A stretch of 64,000 bases of DNA from an uncultured Nitrososphaerota archaeon (GTDB lineage Archaea; Thermoproteota; Nitrososphaeria; Nitrososphaerales; CADDZS01). A program made the position numbers and the translations under genes. Shown here piece after piece: positions 10,767 to 21,129 of the stretch; position 1 is the stretch's first letter, and each line of letters begins with the position of its first letter. The notes beneath the pieces were generated by a model that saw nothing but the letters and a program-made list of their open reading frames with translations, was not told the DNA's origin and searched no databases. The DNA is taken from contig CAWCYI010000006.1 of assembly GCA_963799845.1 (NCBI GenBank), forward strand, positions 1,568,001-1,632,000, given 5' to 3'.

Positions 10767-11636
10767 TTAGGGCAGCACGTTAAAGTGCAACAGCACTAGA
10801 TCGCCCCACTCGTCTCCGCCCGCGACCGTGTACGTCCCGGTCTCAAACGGGATAGATCCGAACGTGAAACACGTGCAGTTATCAGGCCCCGGAAGATCCC
10901 GGCAGCAGTATCCGCTCAACGGTATTGCTCTTTCCGCGTCTCCGAGCGGGTTATTATCGCGGGTGGTTTCTGTCACCGTCAGGGTCGCGGTCGAGCTCGT
11001 AAGAAATGATACAGAAGATTGAGGGACAGAGATCATCCTGACGTAGGTACTCTTCGGATCAAAAACAAAGTAAGCCGGCGAAACATAAACCGGGCAAGAT
11101 GTCGGGGCAAACAGAGACAGCGGCACTCCACTCGTTATGTTAGACCTCGTGTAATATCCCTTCAACACTGCTATTCCGAATGGTTCGTTAAACGCAGAAC
11201 ATGCTCCCGGCGAAAGACCAGGCAGCGGCCAGTCCTGGGGCGCTGTAAGATTGTTGTTTATCTGCAGAGTGTTGAAAAGAGAAACCACGATCAGGATTGC
11301 TCCCGACTCGTTCGACATGTTAGGATGCGAGAATATCTCGCTCGCATTGGTCGCGAGCTCAAGCTCGAGGCCCGTGGAGTAGTTGAGCGAATCAACTTCA
11401 ATCGGAGCGAGCAAGATACTGCTCGTACTCGTTATAGTCTGAACCAAAATCTCGGTCGTCGTTGTGGGCGCGATTGCGGTGACGGTCTCCTGAGTCATCT
11501 GCGTTATCGTCGTAGGAGGTAGAGTCGTGATGCTCTTTGGCACAAAAAGGTAGTAAGTACTTGCGGCCGAGCCCAGTATGGAAACGAAGACGATCATAGC
11601 GATCGCCGCCAGGATCACCCCGCGAGAAATTCGCAA
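10767..11636 (-). CDS. membrane-anchored surface protein with Thr-rich stalk
   Basis: N-terminal TM, Thr-rich linker, Cys pairs, GTYTVAGGDEWG end. Confidence 0.8.
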   Translation of the reverse strand: MRISRGVILAAIAMIVFVSILGSAASTYYLFVPKSITTLPPTTITQMTQETVTAIAPTTTTEILVQTITSTSSILLAPIEVDSLNYSTGLELELATNASEIFSHPNMSNESGAILIVVSLFNTLQINNNLTAPQDWPLPGLSPGACSAFNEPFGIAVLKGYYTRSNITSGVPLSLFAPTSCPVYVSPAYFVFDPKSTYVRMISVPQSSVSFLTSSTATLTVTETTRDNNPLGDAERAIPLSGYCCRDLPGPDNCTCFTFGSIPFETGTYTVAGGDEWGDLVLLHFNVLP

Positions 11637-12003
11637 ACCCCAAAGCCTATTCAGAATAGAAGAACTCCAGTTATTTTTAGGTTATGCAGGATTAGATAGC
11701 ATGATCGTGAGAGAAATGTGAATGGGAAGCGCCGTCATAAGACAACGGGGTTTTGTTGCAGTGACTCGGAGGGAAACAGCTCATCGTAACGGTCGCAGTC
11801 ATCTGTCTTCTCAGTTGTTTATGTCCTATCGCAAATTAAAGTCGCGAGACTTCATCCGAGAAATGTTTAAACCAAATTCTATGCATACCCAACATATCGA
11901 AATGAGTCTCGAGAAACCTCTATCACGTAAAGAGATAGAAGAGTTGGACCAGCTGCTGAATTCTAAAGAAAAATTCGAGAAACGCAGCCGTGGAGCTACC
12001 GAT

Positions 12004-12429
12004 TTAACTCCCCAACGAGAATGATCGCCACGATACGCTTTCGGGCTCGACTTCAATTATCACCTCCATTGGCATTGCCCGGACAGTTGCGGCCATCTTT
12101 CTCAGTGTCTCGGGGTCAAGGTACTTCAGAGCTATCTTGCGCATATAGTCCTCAAATTTCCGATCTTTGCTGATCTTGGCTTTCCCCCTGATTCTGACGT
12201 AGGTTCCAAGCAGGTTGTCCTCGAAGGCGACGATTGTTACACGCCCATCCCTCTTGACGTTTTTGGCCTTGACAGAGTTCACATTGGTTGAAACGAAAAG
12301 TTTCCCATCCTCAAGAATAAACGACACGGGAGAAACGTTCGCCGTACCATCTTTGTTTATGCTCGCGAAAGCGGCAAGATGCGGTTGATTCAGAAAATCA
12401 ATTTCCTTTTGGGTTAGAGTGACATTCAT
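12004..12429 (-). CDS. PPOX-class (pyridoxamine 5'-phosphate oxidase-like) F420-dependent protein
   Basis: ASINKDGTANVSPV, KAKNVKRDGRV, VRIRGKA motifs. Confidence 0.88.
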   Translation of the reverse strand: MNVTLTQKEIDFLNQPHLAAFASINKDGTANVSPVSFILEDGKLFVSTNVNSVKAKNVKRDGRVTIVAFEDNLLGTYVRIRGKAKISKDRKFEDYMRKIALKYLDPETLRKMAATVRAMPMEVIIEVEPESVSWRSFSLGS

Positions 12430-12896
12430 TCCTATTTTTTCCTCTCCCCACTGAGAATCGAGAGCCTCACTGAAATGGTTGTCGACGTCGTTGCTGCAGC
12501 CGTCTGAGATCACAAGACCATAATTGTCGAGAACGTCAAAGTTGCCAAGCCACTCTGCGTTGAAATCGAGCCGTTGTTGACAGTGCCATAATTTGCAAAA
12601 CCGAGAGAGTTATTGCTAAGCAAAAGAGTAACGCGGGAAAATCACGCGTGCGGTATAAGGTCTCACATGCTCAGCGGTTTGAATGGGATTGGGCCTGCGG
12701 ATGTTACCTGGATGGCTCGAAGAAAATGGAGTTCTAGGCAATTAACTACGGAGAGAGGGAAATTCAATCAAGGTCGTTCGATACCTCATGCCCTAAACCG
12801 GACTGACGACGGAAAGTCCCCAAATTGTTCTATCGAATGATTTGGGGTTCTGCCTTTAACAGCTTCTTTCCGTGAATAGTAAACCTCATGTTTAAA

Positions 12897-14074
12897 CAGT
12901 AGATGCGAATGAATTCAAGCGTTTTCGGCCGTAATTATTATGGCCAGCGTGCCTTAGGGCTTCTTTCCGACATTCATTGAAGGTCAATTCAAGAAGCTGC
13001 ATGAATTCGTGAAGAAAAGTATCTCAGGATTGCTAACATACGACCTCAAGGAGAGAGCCATTTACTCAAAAGCCGATCACCTAAAACTGCTTATTTCTGC
13101 AAGCTTGGTGAATGGGTTTGCAGAAGGTGTTTCAAAGTCTCTAGACGAATCACCGACAGCAGAAACTCTTCTTTCGTACATCAAATCACAAAGAGAAGAG
13201 AGGCTCAAACGAATCTTCGATGATTTGGTAGACATGAATGTAAAGAAGCTCCGAAAACGACGGAAATTACGACTTCCAGTCCCCGTAGCGGTGGATCTGC
13301 ACGATGTCATGTATTACGGCGATCATGAAGAAACACCGATGGTCATCGGAACCATGCACCGAGATGGAAGCAATTATGCGTTCAAGTATCTTACAGCTTC
13401 TGTTCTGGTAGATGGGGAAAGACTGATCGTAGCTGTTACAGGGTTAGAATCAGCTGCGGAACTTGCTTCATCTGCCGAACAAATTGTGCGAAAACTGCGA
13501 GAAGAGCTGGAAATCAGAATTCGATACTTGGTGTTTGACGGTGGATTCCTTAGCACAGGCTTCCTGAGATTTCTTGAGGAATCTGGACTCAAGTACATCG
13601 TCCGAATGGCTCCGACCTACAGCACAAAGAAAATGAGGCTCTGGAATGGCAGGAGATTCACATACACGACTAGTGGACACAGGAGAAGAAAGTCCGAACA
13701 AACGTCATTTGATGTGGTCGTGGTCTACGACAAATCAAAGGATTACAAGTACCTGTTTGCAACCAATCTTCCCTACAAAGCTGAGACAGTATTGAGATTG
13801 TTCAAGAATCGTTGGGGCATAGAGACGAGCTACCGGATGTCAAATCAGTTCCTGGTAAAAACAACATCAAGGAACTATGTTGTAAGGTTATTTTACTATC
13901 TCTTTGCATGTCTTGTATACAACGCGTGGGTCATGTACAATGCCGATCGAGAGATACTCCATCCGAATGACTATGTATCGATCAAAGTAATCCAAATGAA
14001 ACTCTATCTCATCGGTCTAATAATGAACGGGTCATTTGACATGAGAGGAAAGCATACTTGATTCGCATCTACTG
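12897..14074 (+). mobile_element. ISH3/IS4-type insertion sequence, 1178 bp
   Basis: 14-bp perfect TIR CAGTAGATGCGAAT; TSD TAAA at 12893-12896 and 14075-14078. Confidence 0.92.
13009..14061 (+). CDS. DDE transposase (ISH3/IS4 superfamily)
   Basis: AVDLH, FDGGF, RWGIETSYR motifs. Confidence 0.92.
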   Translation: MKKSISGLLTYDLKERAIYSKADHLKLLISASLVNGFAEGVSKSLDESPTAETLLSYIKSQREERLKRIFDDLVDMNVKKLRKRRKLRLPVPVAVDLHDVMYYGDHEETPMVIGTMHRDGSNYAFKYLTASVLVDGERLIVAVTGLESAAELASSAEQIVRKLREELEIRIRYLVFDGGFLSTGFLRFLEESGLKYIVRMAPTYSTKKMRLWNGRRFTYTTSGHRRRKSEQTSFDVVVVYDKSKDYKYLFATNLPYKAETVLRLFKNRWGIETSYRMSNQFLVKTTSRNYVVRLFYYLFACLVYNAWVMYNADREILHPNDYVSIKVIQMKLYLIGLIMNGSFDMRGKHT

Positions 14075-14842
14075 TAAAGCGCCGGGAACAATCCTGCATT
14101 CTGTCATGCTCATACCGTAGGCCGCGCATAATCCTTTCCAGTATTCGGTAATGAATGCCAAGAACTCTTCGGAGTATGGACTTATCATATGAAGCGAAAC
14201 GGATTGATGATCCCCCTCGAGAGTCTTTGCCGTAGTAATGTCGTTCTCGATGAAATGTAGCTTGCCACTTGTGAACGATTTCTCAAGTTGGTTAGCCAGT
14301 TGCCACAGATTTTCAATGGTTGGAAAGCACATCTGCAGATAAACTCCAAAATTAAAGCCAGCTTTATACCACATTTTCGCAAACCTCTCCCTATCAAAAT
14401 TCGCAAAATCCCGCGCGAACTCTTCAAGGAGATCCCTTCCCATGAACTGAAACACTCCTATATCCTTTCCAATGCGGTTCATAATCCAAGCACCGTAAAT
14501 TTCGTCAGGTCGGCCACCTTTTTCGCAAATTCTCAGAGCTTCACGGAGACATTCGTTGGCCATGGCGTAGGATGTCTTATCCTCTTTTTCCGCAATCTTC
14601 GACAGTTGCGAGGCTATTTCATCACTAACTGCTATGCTGGATCTTCCCATTTGACCGTCGAACATTGCCAAGCCGGACTCTGATTTAGGTTTTCAGATGA
14701 TTCTAGGATTCTGGTAAGTTCTGTCCATTCTCCGTCGGATTTCCAGAATTTTCTCCGTGTCTAAAATCGTCGGATCTGCAAATTAGTTGGTTAGAGTTTA
14801 TTAGAGAATGACTTGACCATTGTCAAGAACCTGCGAGAGATT

Positions 14843-15255
14843 ATGAAACGGGAATCCAATGTGCATGAAGGATTTCTTTCAGGGGCAGGGTTCTTTGGAG
14901 CAGTCTCAATAACGGCTCTAGTTCTAGTTCTTTCGTTTCCATCTACATTCCAAGTTAATGGCTGGTACTTTAGCAGTCTTCTCTCTTTGTTAGCAATAGC
15001 AAGCTCAACTCTGTAATTGCTACATTTTCTTCTATCGTAGTCTGGGGTAGGGAGTCTTATGGCGAAGAATTTAGGGAAGGCATAAGGAAATTTACAGCTG
15101 TAACTCTGGCAATTTCCATGTGTGCCTTGTTGATAGTCATACCGATGATCCTAGCTCCGGTTTCGTCTTTCGCCATGATCGTCGCTGCCCTCTTTGAGGG
15201 CATATCCCTTCTTGTGTATCTTTGGACAGCCCTGAAGTTTCGTCCCCATAAGTGA
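14843..15255 (+). pseudogene. 4-TM membrane protein, frameshifted near 15010
   Basis: Hydrophobic ORF continues in another frame (VIATFSSIV...ALKFRPHK*). Confidence 0.55.
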
Positions 15256-15443
15256 TCGGCCTCAAGCATCTGGAGGCTTTCGTTAATTTTTGGACTTCCA
15301 ACCGTCGAATTTAGACGGCCGCAAGTTTCATACCTGACCGCCAAAGATTAGACAGAACTGATCGGCGATAAGTTCATGTTCTTTTGCTTAGCAGAATCGA
15401 TTCTAGACGTTTGTAGACAACTATCTATGCTTGAACACTCCAG

Positions 15444-15818
15444 ATGAAATATTTGATCGCACGGAACATACCGAAATGGGAAGTTTTCCGATTGAATAAG
15501 ATTGATGAGGCGTTCAAGAAAGCGGTCTCGGAATCAATCGAGGCGGTCCTGGGTACTTCAGGCGAGAAGATCCTGTATTCGATTCTCAAAAGAGACTATG
15601 GAGTGAGCAAAGATGACGTTGCTGAAAATCCAGAATTGCTGGTTAAGGCGCTCGAGAATTTGTTGGGGCCAGCGGGGAAAGATTTGTTGGTAAGGCTGGT
15701 CTCGGACCAACTCACTAAGGATTTGCGCCTGAAAGAAGGCTTTGGAAGCAAATCTATACCGGAAATCTTGAACCAAGCACGCCAGAAGTTTTTCAACGAG
15801 AGCCAAGCTGTAGAATGA
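15444..15818 (+). CDS. DUF3227/NitrOD5-like small domain protein
   Basis: AVSESIEAVLG...ILYSIL...ENPELLVKALENLLG pattern; likely start TTG 15492. Confidence 0.7.
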   Translation: MKYLIARNIPKWEVFRLNKIDEAFKKAVSESIEAVLGTSGEKILYSILKRDYGVSKDDVAENPELLVKALENLLGPAGKDLLVRLVSDQLTKDLRLKEGFGSKSIPEILNQARQKFFNESQAVE

Positions 15819-16620
15819 GCAATGAATACTTTACAAGATATTTGTCGATAACTAAGCCAAGGGGGGCCACATTTTCGAGTTCTTGGTTTACGGAATCTAT
15901 AAGCCTGGAACTTTCATAAAAATTGCAGAGGTGTATTCGAGGCACGGCATTGATATCAGGTCAATATTCGCATAGCCGGATCAAGGAGACGAGAGTTTCT
16001 TTGTGTCCACTGCTTTTTGTGATATGTCGAAGGCAGACTGCACGACGGATATCATTGTCTCCGAGCTCCGAAGTTTGTCTTTTGTAAGGAAAGTCCTCTT
16101 TGCTGACATGAAGGGAAGGCTCTTTGACAGATTCCTGTTCCCGACCATGATCATGAACAAGAATCGCGTAATTCTGATGCGCGTAGAAGCGCTTCTCAAG
16201 ATAGAAAAATTCTTGATGGATGAGATTGGCTCCGGCGGTGCCGGAATGATGTTTAACGAAGGAAAAATCTATGGTGGAGAGGTGGTGAAGCAGTATCGAC
16301 TAGCTCTCCCTAATTCCACCACCGAGGTTCTTGTAGAGAATATCCTAGATGGGCTCAGGGCAACTGGCTGGGGACTATTCCAGTTCAGAAAGGTGGAAGA
16401 TGGGTTTGAGGTGACGGTTAATGACGCACCCATCCTTGACGCTGATAGCAACTACAGGGAAAATCGCTTTTACTACGGCGCCGGAGCAAAAATACTTGAA
16501 GACCTGTACGGTAAGCAGCTTGTTCTGGAAAAGTCCAGCTTTGATCTAAAAAACAAAAAACTGACGTTCAAGCTCAGGCAGGCAGGTCTCGGTCCTGGTA
16601 ATATTATTGGTGGATCGTAG
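15815..16620 (+). pseudogene. ACT + V4R-like domain protein, disrupted
   Basis: ATGA overlap start; frameshift in G-run ~15861-15866; in-frame TAG 15973-15975; ACT-like (KPG...HGIDI) then ATGWG V4R-like region. Confidence 0.7.
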
Positions 16621-16664
16621 AAAGTTGTAAATGCAGAATTCCCTTTCCATCAGAATACGTACTC

Positions 16665-17195
16665 ATGAGCAAAAAGCCCGATAGGTCTACTACGAGGTCG
16701 TTCCGAGTCAATGACGCGGCCCTAAAAGTTATCGAGAAAGAAGCAGAAAGCCAGGGAGTTTCCGTAAACACGTTCGTGAATCAGTTATTCACGAAATATG
16801 CGAAAGTTCAGAGGTTCCTTGCCAAAGAAAGATGGTTCCAGCTTCCTGAACCAGTTTTGAAAGACGTTTTCGCTCTACTTACGGAAGACGAGATTGCGGA
16901 AGTAGGAAAGAAACACGGTAAGACGACTGGATTCCAAAACCTTCTTCGCGCAATGACAGGAGGAACCTCACCTGCAAACTTTATTCTTTTCTTGAAAATG
17001 ATCTGCGACACTAACTCGATAAATTACACCGATGTCGAAGATGGCCGAACAAGACGTTTTGCAGTTATGCATGAAGTGAATAAGCAATTTTCAATTTACC
17101 TTGCAAACCAGGCTTCAACGACCCTTGAAAATTACGGCATTTTCCCAAAGATCATTTTAGACGATAGAGTAGTAGTCATCGAATTCGAAACTTGA
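16665..17195 (+). CDS. RHH-domain regulator
   Basis: TTRSFRV...EAESQGVSVNTFVNQ ribbon-helix-helix. Confidence 0.75.
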   Translation: MSKKPDRSTTRSFRVNDAALKVIEKEAESQGVSVNTFVNQLFTKYAKVQRFLAKERWFQLPEPVLKDVFALLTEDEIAEVGKKHGKTTGFQNLLRAMTGGTSPANFILFLKMICDTNSINYTDVEDGRTRRFAVMHEVNKQFSIYLANQASTTLENYGIFPKIILDDRVVVIEFET

Positions 17196-17308
17196 TCTGC
17201 AATCTTAGATCGTCTCAGCGGTTGTAAAAGGTTGCACTTGGTTGCAACAAATACGTGTCGAAAATATAGTTCCACTGCGTTCCAAGACTCTTGAGGTAAT
17301 AACTCAAA

Positions 17309-17824
17309 ATGACAGAAATGGTATTATTAGCTTTCGACGGAGTAGAGACAGCAGACAAGGCAAAGAACAGATTGGTTGGCCTAGACAGTCAATACCTGAT
17401 TGACTTGGACCAGGTGATCGAAGTAGTCAGGAAACCCGATGGTCAGGTCAAGATCAAAGAAGAGCCAAGACTGACCAGCGTAGGGGCTCTGGGAGGTGGC
17501 TTCTGGGGATTCCTGGTTGGCTTGATCTTCTTGGTTCCTGCGGCAGGATTCCTAATTGGTACGGCGACCGGCGCAATAGCAGGACACTTTGCAAAATACG
17601 GAATCACAAAAGAGTACATGCAACAAATCAACGAAGCGATTCAGCCCGGACAGTCGGCCCTCTTTGCCCTCGCCGAAGATGTAAAGGTCGACAAAGTGGT
17701 TCCGATGCTCACAGAGTTTCACCCCCGAGTTCTCAGGACGTCGCTAACGACTGAGCAGGAAACGAAACTGAAAGAGGCATTCGGTACTTCCACTGCAACA
17801 GTCAGCGTACCTGCGAGCGTGTAA
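17309..17824 (+). CDS. DUF1269 family membrane protein (type A, copy 1)
   Basis: Glycine-zipper GALGGGFWGFLVG, PGQSALF, VLRTSL. Confidence 0.88.
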   Translation: MTEMVLLAFDGVETADKAKNRLVGLDSQYLIDLDQVIEVVRKPDGQVKIKEEPRLTSVGALGGGFWGFLVGLIFLVPAAGFLIGTATGAIAGHFAKYGITKEYMQQINEAIQPGQSALFALAEDVKVDKVVPMLTEFHPRVLRTSLTTEQETKLKEAFGTSTATVSVPASV

Positions 17825-17835
17825 AAAAAGAGGAG

Positions 17836-18132
17836 ATGTCTAGGAATATGCAGACAAACGACTATCCCACGGAAGAAGAGCTGGTGAGCGACGAGAAGAC
17901 TCTCGAAGGAGCTCTCCCATTCGACGAGTATGGGAAGGATCAAGAAAAGCTTCGGGGGCAGATTGATCGACTGGAGAAAGAGTACGACGGAAGGGAGAAA
18001 GTCATAGGGAGGATCATGGAATACGGCACCGGGATCGAGACGGAAAAGGCTCTTCGCATGTATCCGACGCCAGTCCTGGAAAAGTGGGAAGAGAGTCTCG
18101 AAACCTACAGGGCTTCCCAGCTGAAGAAGTAA
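17836..18132 (+). CDS. novel small acidic protein (copy 1)
   Basis: Highly similar paralog at 19568-19861. Confidence 0.8.
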   Translation: MSRNMQTNDYPTEEELVSDEKTLEGALPFDEYGKDQEKLRGQIDRLEKEYDGREKVIGRIMEYGTGIETEKALRMYPTPVLEKWEESLETYRASQLKK

Positions 18133-18192
18133 GCAAACTCCCCGCGCTGTAACCAGGTCCCCAAACAAAAAGAGCAAGAGGTGAGAGCCGAA

Positions 18193-18678
18193 ATGTCGCA
18201 ATATGCCTTTGATGTAAGAGAGGGTATCATCACCAACAAGAAGCTTGGGCTGCGGAGTTTCGTTTTAGGCGCACGACAGTGGAACTCTCTAGTGGAGAAG
18301 ATGTATGACAATTTCGGCTCTGCGGCAGAAGTCATATTGTTTGATGCGGGCAAGCCATACGGCCGCTCGGTCCTGGAAACAGAACGAGAAAGAGATTCAA
18401 GCGCAAAGGCAGCAATATATCTTCTTTCACACGAAGCACAAGCAGCGGGTTGGGGGCAGATTACCGTCTCTAGGGACTCTCCAAGAGAAATTAATGTGAG
18501 GGTGCGGAAATGCGTATTCTGCGCTGATGCGCGCAACCCCGATCAAAGAAAGGTCGGGTGCTATTTTTTGAGAGGCGTCATCTCAGACTACGCAAGCATC
18601 CTATTCAATCAACAAAACCATGTCGATGAAACCCATTGTGGAAACGACTATTGCGAATTTAGGGTGAAACTATCCTGA
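18193..18678 (+). CDS. V4R domain protein
   Basis: AGWG, CVFC, CYFLRG, ETHC...CEF motifs. Confidence 0.85.
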   Translation: MSQYAFDVREGIITNKKLGLRSFVLGARQWNSLVEKMYDNFGSAAEVILFDAGKPYGRSVLETERERDSSAKAAIYLLSHEAQAAGWGQITVSRDSPREINVRVRKCVFCADARNPDQRKVGCYFLRGVISDYASILFNQQNHVDETHCGNDYCEFRVKLS

Positions 18679-19008
18679 AAACTCGTCTGCTCTAAGCGGA
18701 TTTGGAATTATCTTCAAAGAACCAGCCTTCGTACTCAAAATCATGCCGAGCGCCGTCTGACTAATAAACAAAGGAAGATAGCGATCCGACAACCTACGAC
18801 CATTGCCCATCTGACCGGCGACTGGTTAGCAGGGCTAAAAGGCAGAGATTCTTGTCACAATCCGGAAATTTGGCACGGAGTTGGTGGACGGAGTTGTCTG
18901 GCAGATCTGGACGATTGTCCTTTATCCAAGCTGCGAATTCCCAACTTTGAGAATTGTCTGCATAGCTTATATGGTCCTCTATAGGCCTTCTCATTGAAGG
19001 GAATCATA

Positions 19009-19527
19009 ATGACAGACATGGTAGTACTAGCGTTCGACGGAATAGATACAGCAGACACAGTAAGGAACAAGCTGATTGACCTAAACAATCAGTACCTGCT
19101 CAATCTGGGGCAGGTCGTAGAAGTCGTCCGAAAGGAGGACGGCCAGGTGAAAATCAAAGATGAGCATAGACTGACGAGTATAGGAGCGCTCGGTGGAGCC
19201 TTCTGGGGTCTCTTGGTCGGCCTGATCTTTCTGGTACCGGCAGCGGGCTTTGTTGTCGGCACGGTATCGGGAGCAATCGCGGGTCACTTTACCAAATACG
19301 GAATCAGCAAAGAGTACATGAACCAAATTAACGCAGCTATCCAGCCAGGACAGTCAGCGCTGTTCATCCTTGCAGATAACGTCAAAATGGACCGAGTCAT
19401 TCCGATGCTTACGGAATTCCACCCGAAAGTGCTCAGGACATCGCTGACGACGGACCAGGAAGCGAAATTGAGAGAGGCGTTTGGAGGAGCGGGTAGCGCA
19501 CCAATGAGTGTGCCTGCCACCGCCTAA
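19009..19527 (+). CDS. DUF1269 family membrane protein (type A, copy 2)
   Basis: Closely similar to 17309-17824. Confidence 0.88.
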   Translation: MTDMVVLAFDGIDTADTVRNKLIDLNNQYLLNLGQVVEVVRKEDGQVKIKDEHRLTSIGALGGAFWGLLVGLIFLVPAAGFVVGTVSGAIAGHFTKYGISKEYMNQINAAIQPGQSALFILADNVKMDRVIPMLTEFHPKVLRTSLTTDQEAKLREAFGGAGSAPMSVPATA

Positions 19528-19567
19528 ACTTGTTGCCTGGAAGAAAAAGAGAAGGGGAAAATCAAGC

Positions 19568-19861
19568 ATGGAATCTCCACAGAACGACGATCATCCACCA
19601 GAAGAACAAATGGTCACTGAGGAGGAAACGCTCGAAGGAGCGCTTCCCTTCGATGATTATGGAAAAGATACCGAACAGCTGAGAGGGCAGATCGAACGAC
19701 TCGAGAAGGAGTACGACGAAAGGGAAAAGGTGATCGATCGTATAATGGAGTACGGAACCGGTATCGAGAACGAGAAAGCTCTCAGAATGTACTCTACTCC
19801 CGCTTTGAAAAAATGGGAAGAGAGTCTAGAAAGTTATCGCGCGAGCAAGCTGAAGAAGTAA
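19568..19861 (+). CDS. novel small acidic protein (copy 2)
   Basis: TLEGALPFD..GKD...RIMEYGTGIE..KALRMY shared with copy 1. Confidence 0.8.
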   Translation: MESPQNDDHPPEEQMVTEEETLEGALPFDDYGKDTEQLRGQIERLEKEYDEREKVIDRIMEYGTGIENEKALRMYSTPALKKWEESLESYRASKLKK

Positions 19862-19894
19862 ACTCAATCTTCTCTCAAACACAGTGAATGCAAA

Positions 19895-20660
19895 ATGGAA
19901 AGAATGTTAGTGGCCGTCTTCGACGACGAATCAAAGGCAGACGCGGCCGCACAGGCGCTAACTGACCTCGATGCCTCTGGCGATATTTCTGTCTACGCAG
20001 AGGCTGTTGTAAGTAAGAGAGCCGATGGCTCAGTTTCCATAGAACAATCAAGTAACGTATTTCCCGTCGGTACTGTTGGCGGGACTGCGATCGGCGCTCT
20101 CGTGGGTCTGCTCGGAGACGTTCCTGTCGTGGGCGCTGCTGGCGGGGCAATCGCCGGTAGCATGATCGACATGGATCGGGCTGGAGTGAACGCGGAATTT
20201 CTTAGCGAAGTTTCCGGAAAGTTAACTCCGGGAAAGTGGGCTCTGGTCTCGGATCTCAGTGAGGAAGTCACTACTCCGGTGGATAGCCAGATGAAAGCTC
20301 TCGGTGGCCACGTGTTCCGCGAAGACTGGCAAAACGTGGAGGATGAACAGGACGCGAAGGAAGAAGCGGCTCTTCAAGCCGACATCAAGCTACTCAACAA
20401 AGAAGAGAAGGAAGAGTCGCGGGCAGAGAAAAAGGCCGAGCTTCACGCGAAAGCCGAAGCATTGCATGACAAGCTCCACAACAAATTAGAGCAATCGAAG
20501 ATAAGGTCCGAAGAACGGAAGAAGGAAGTGGAAGCTGAAAATCAAGTACCTGCAACAGAAACTTGCAAATGCACGGGGTAACGCAAAGACCGCGATCGAA
20601 TCCAGGGTTAAAGATCTTCGAAAGAAGCTGAGCCGGCGCAAAAAGTCGAGGTCCAGACCG
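19895..20660 (+). CDS. DUF1269 protein with C-terminal coiled coil (type B, copy 1), frameshift ~20540; end approximate
   Basis: MLVAVFDDE, glycine zipper, LTPGKWALV, helical tail. Confidence 0.75.
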
Positions 20661-20679
20661 CTTGAGGGGAGAGAAAGGT

Positions 20680-21024
20680 TTGCCCCAACTTGTGGCGTTG
20701 GCTTTTCCGGTCCTCTCCGGAAACGAGGGAAAGGCACGGGACTTTGTGAGTGCGGTCAAAGACAGGCGGAAAGAATTCGAGAAGAGCTCCAGAAACCGGA
20801 AAGTGAAAAGGGAAGCGTGGTTCATCCAGCAGCTCCCCGGGAGCAGCACGCTGATTTCGTTCATCGAAGCAGACGACGTGGAAAAAGCGATCTCCGACTT
20901 TGCCCGCTCGACCGACCCCTTCGATGTCTGGCTGAAAGTCCAGGCAAAAGCGATCACAGGAATGGACCTTGGTCAGCCGCCGAAGGATCCAATTCCAGAG
21001 ACTCTGCTCTCGTACGGATTTTAG
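20680..21024 (+). CDS. hypothetical protein, probable dimeric alpha/beta barrel
   Basis: AFPVLSG...REAWFIQ...STDPFDVW pattern. Confidence 0.7.
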   Translation: MPQLVALAFPVLSGNEGKARDFVSAVKDRRKEFEKSSRNRKVKREAWFIQQLPGSSTLISFIEADDVEKAISDFARSTDPFDVWLKVQAKAITGMDLGQPPKDPIPETLLSYGF

Positions 21025-21047
21025 AAAGTAAGTACAATTCAATTCAG

Positions 21048-21098
21048 TGGGAAGATAGTCTGGAAAGTTACCGGAAAGCGCAGCTCGCAAAGAAGTAG
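21048..21098 (+). pseudogene. 3' remnant of the small acidic protein (third copy)
   Basis: WEDSLESYRKAQLAKK* matches WEESLESYRASKLKK*. Confidence 0.7.
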
Positions 21099-21129
21099 GT
21101 ATCGACAACACAGGAGTTGAAAAAGAAAG

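Larger units (their letters stand above)
12830..14671 (-). pseudogene. RHH-containing regulator interrupted by the IS
   Basis: Removing the IS and one TSD joins ...RIVPGAL to NMRFTIHGKKLLKAEPQIIR* (stop 12830-12832). Confidence 0.8.
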
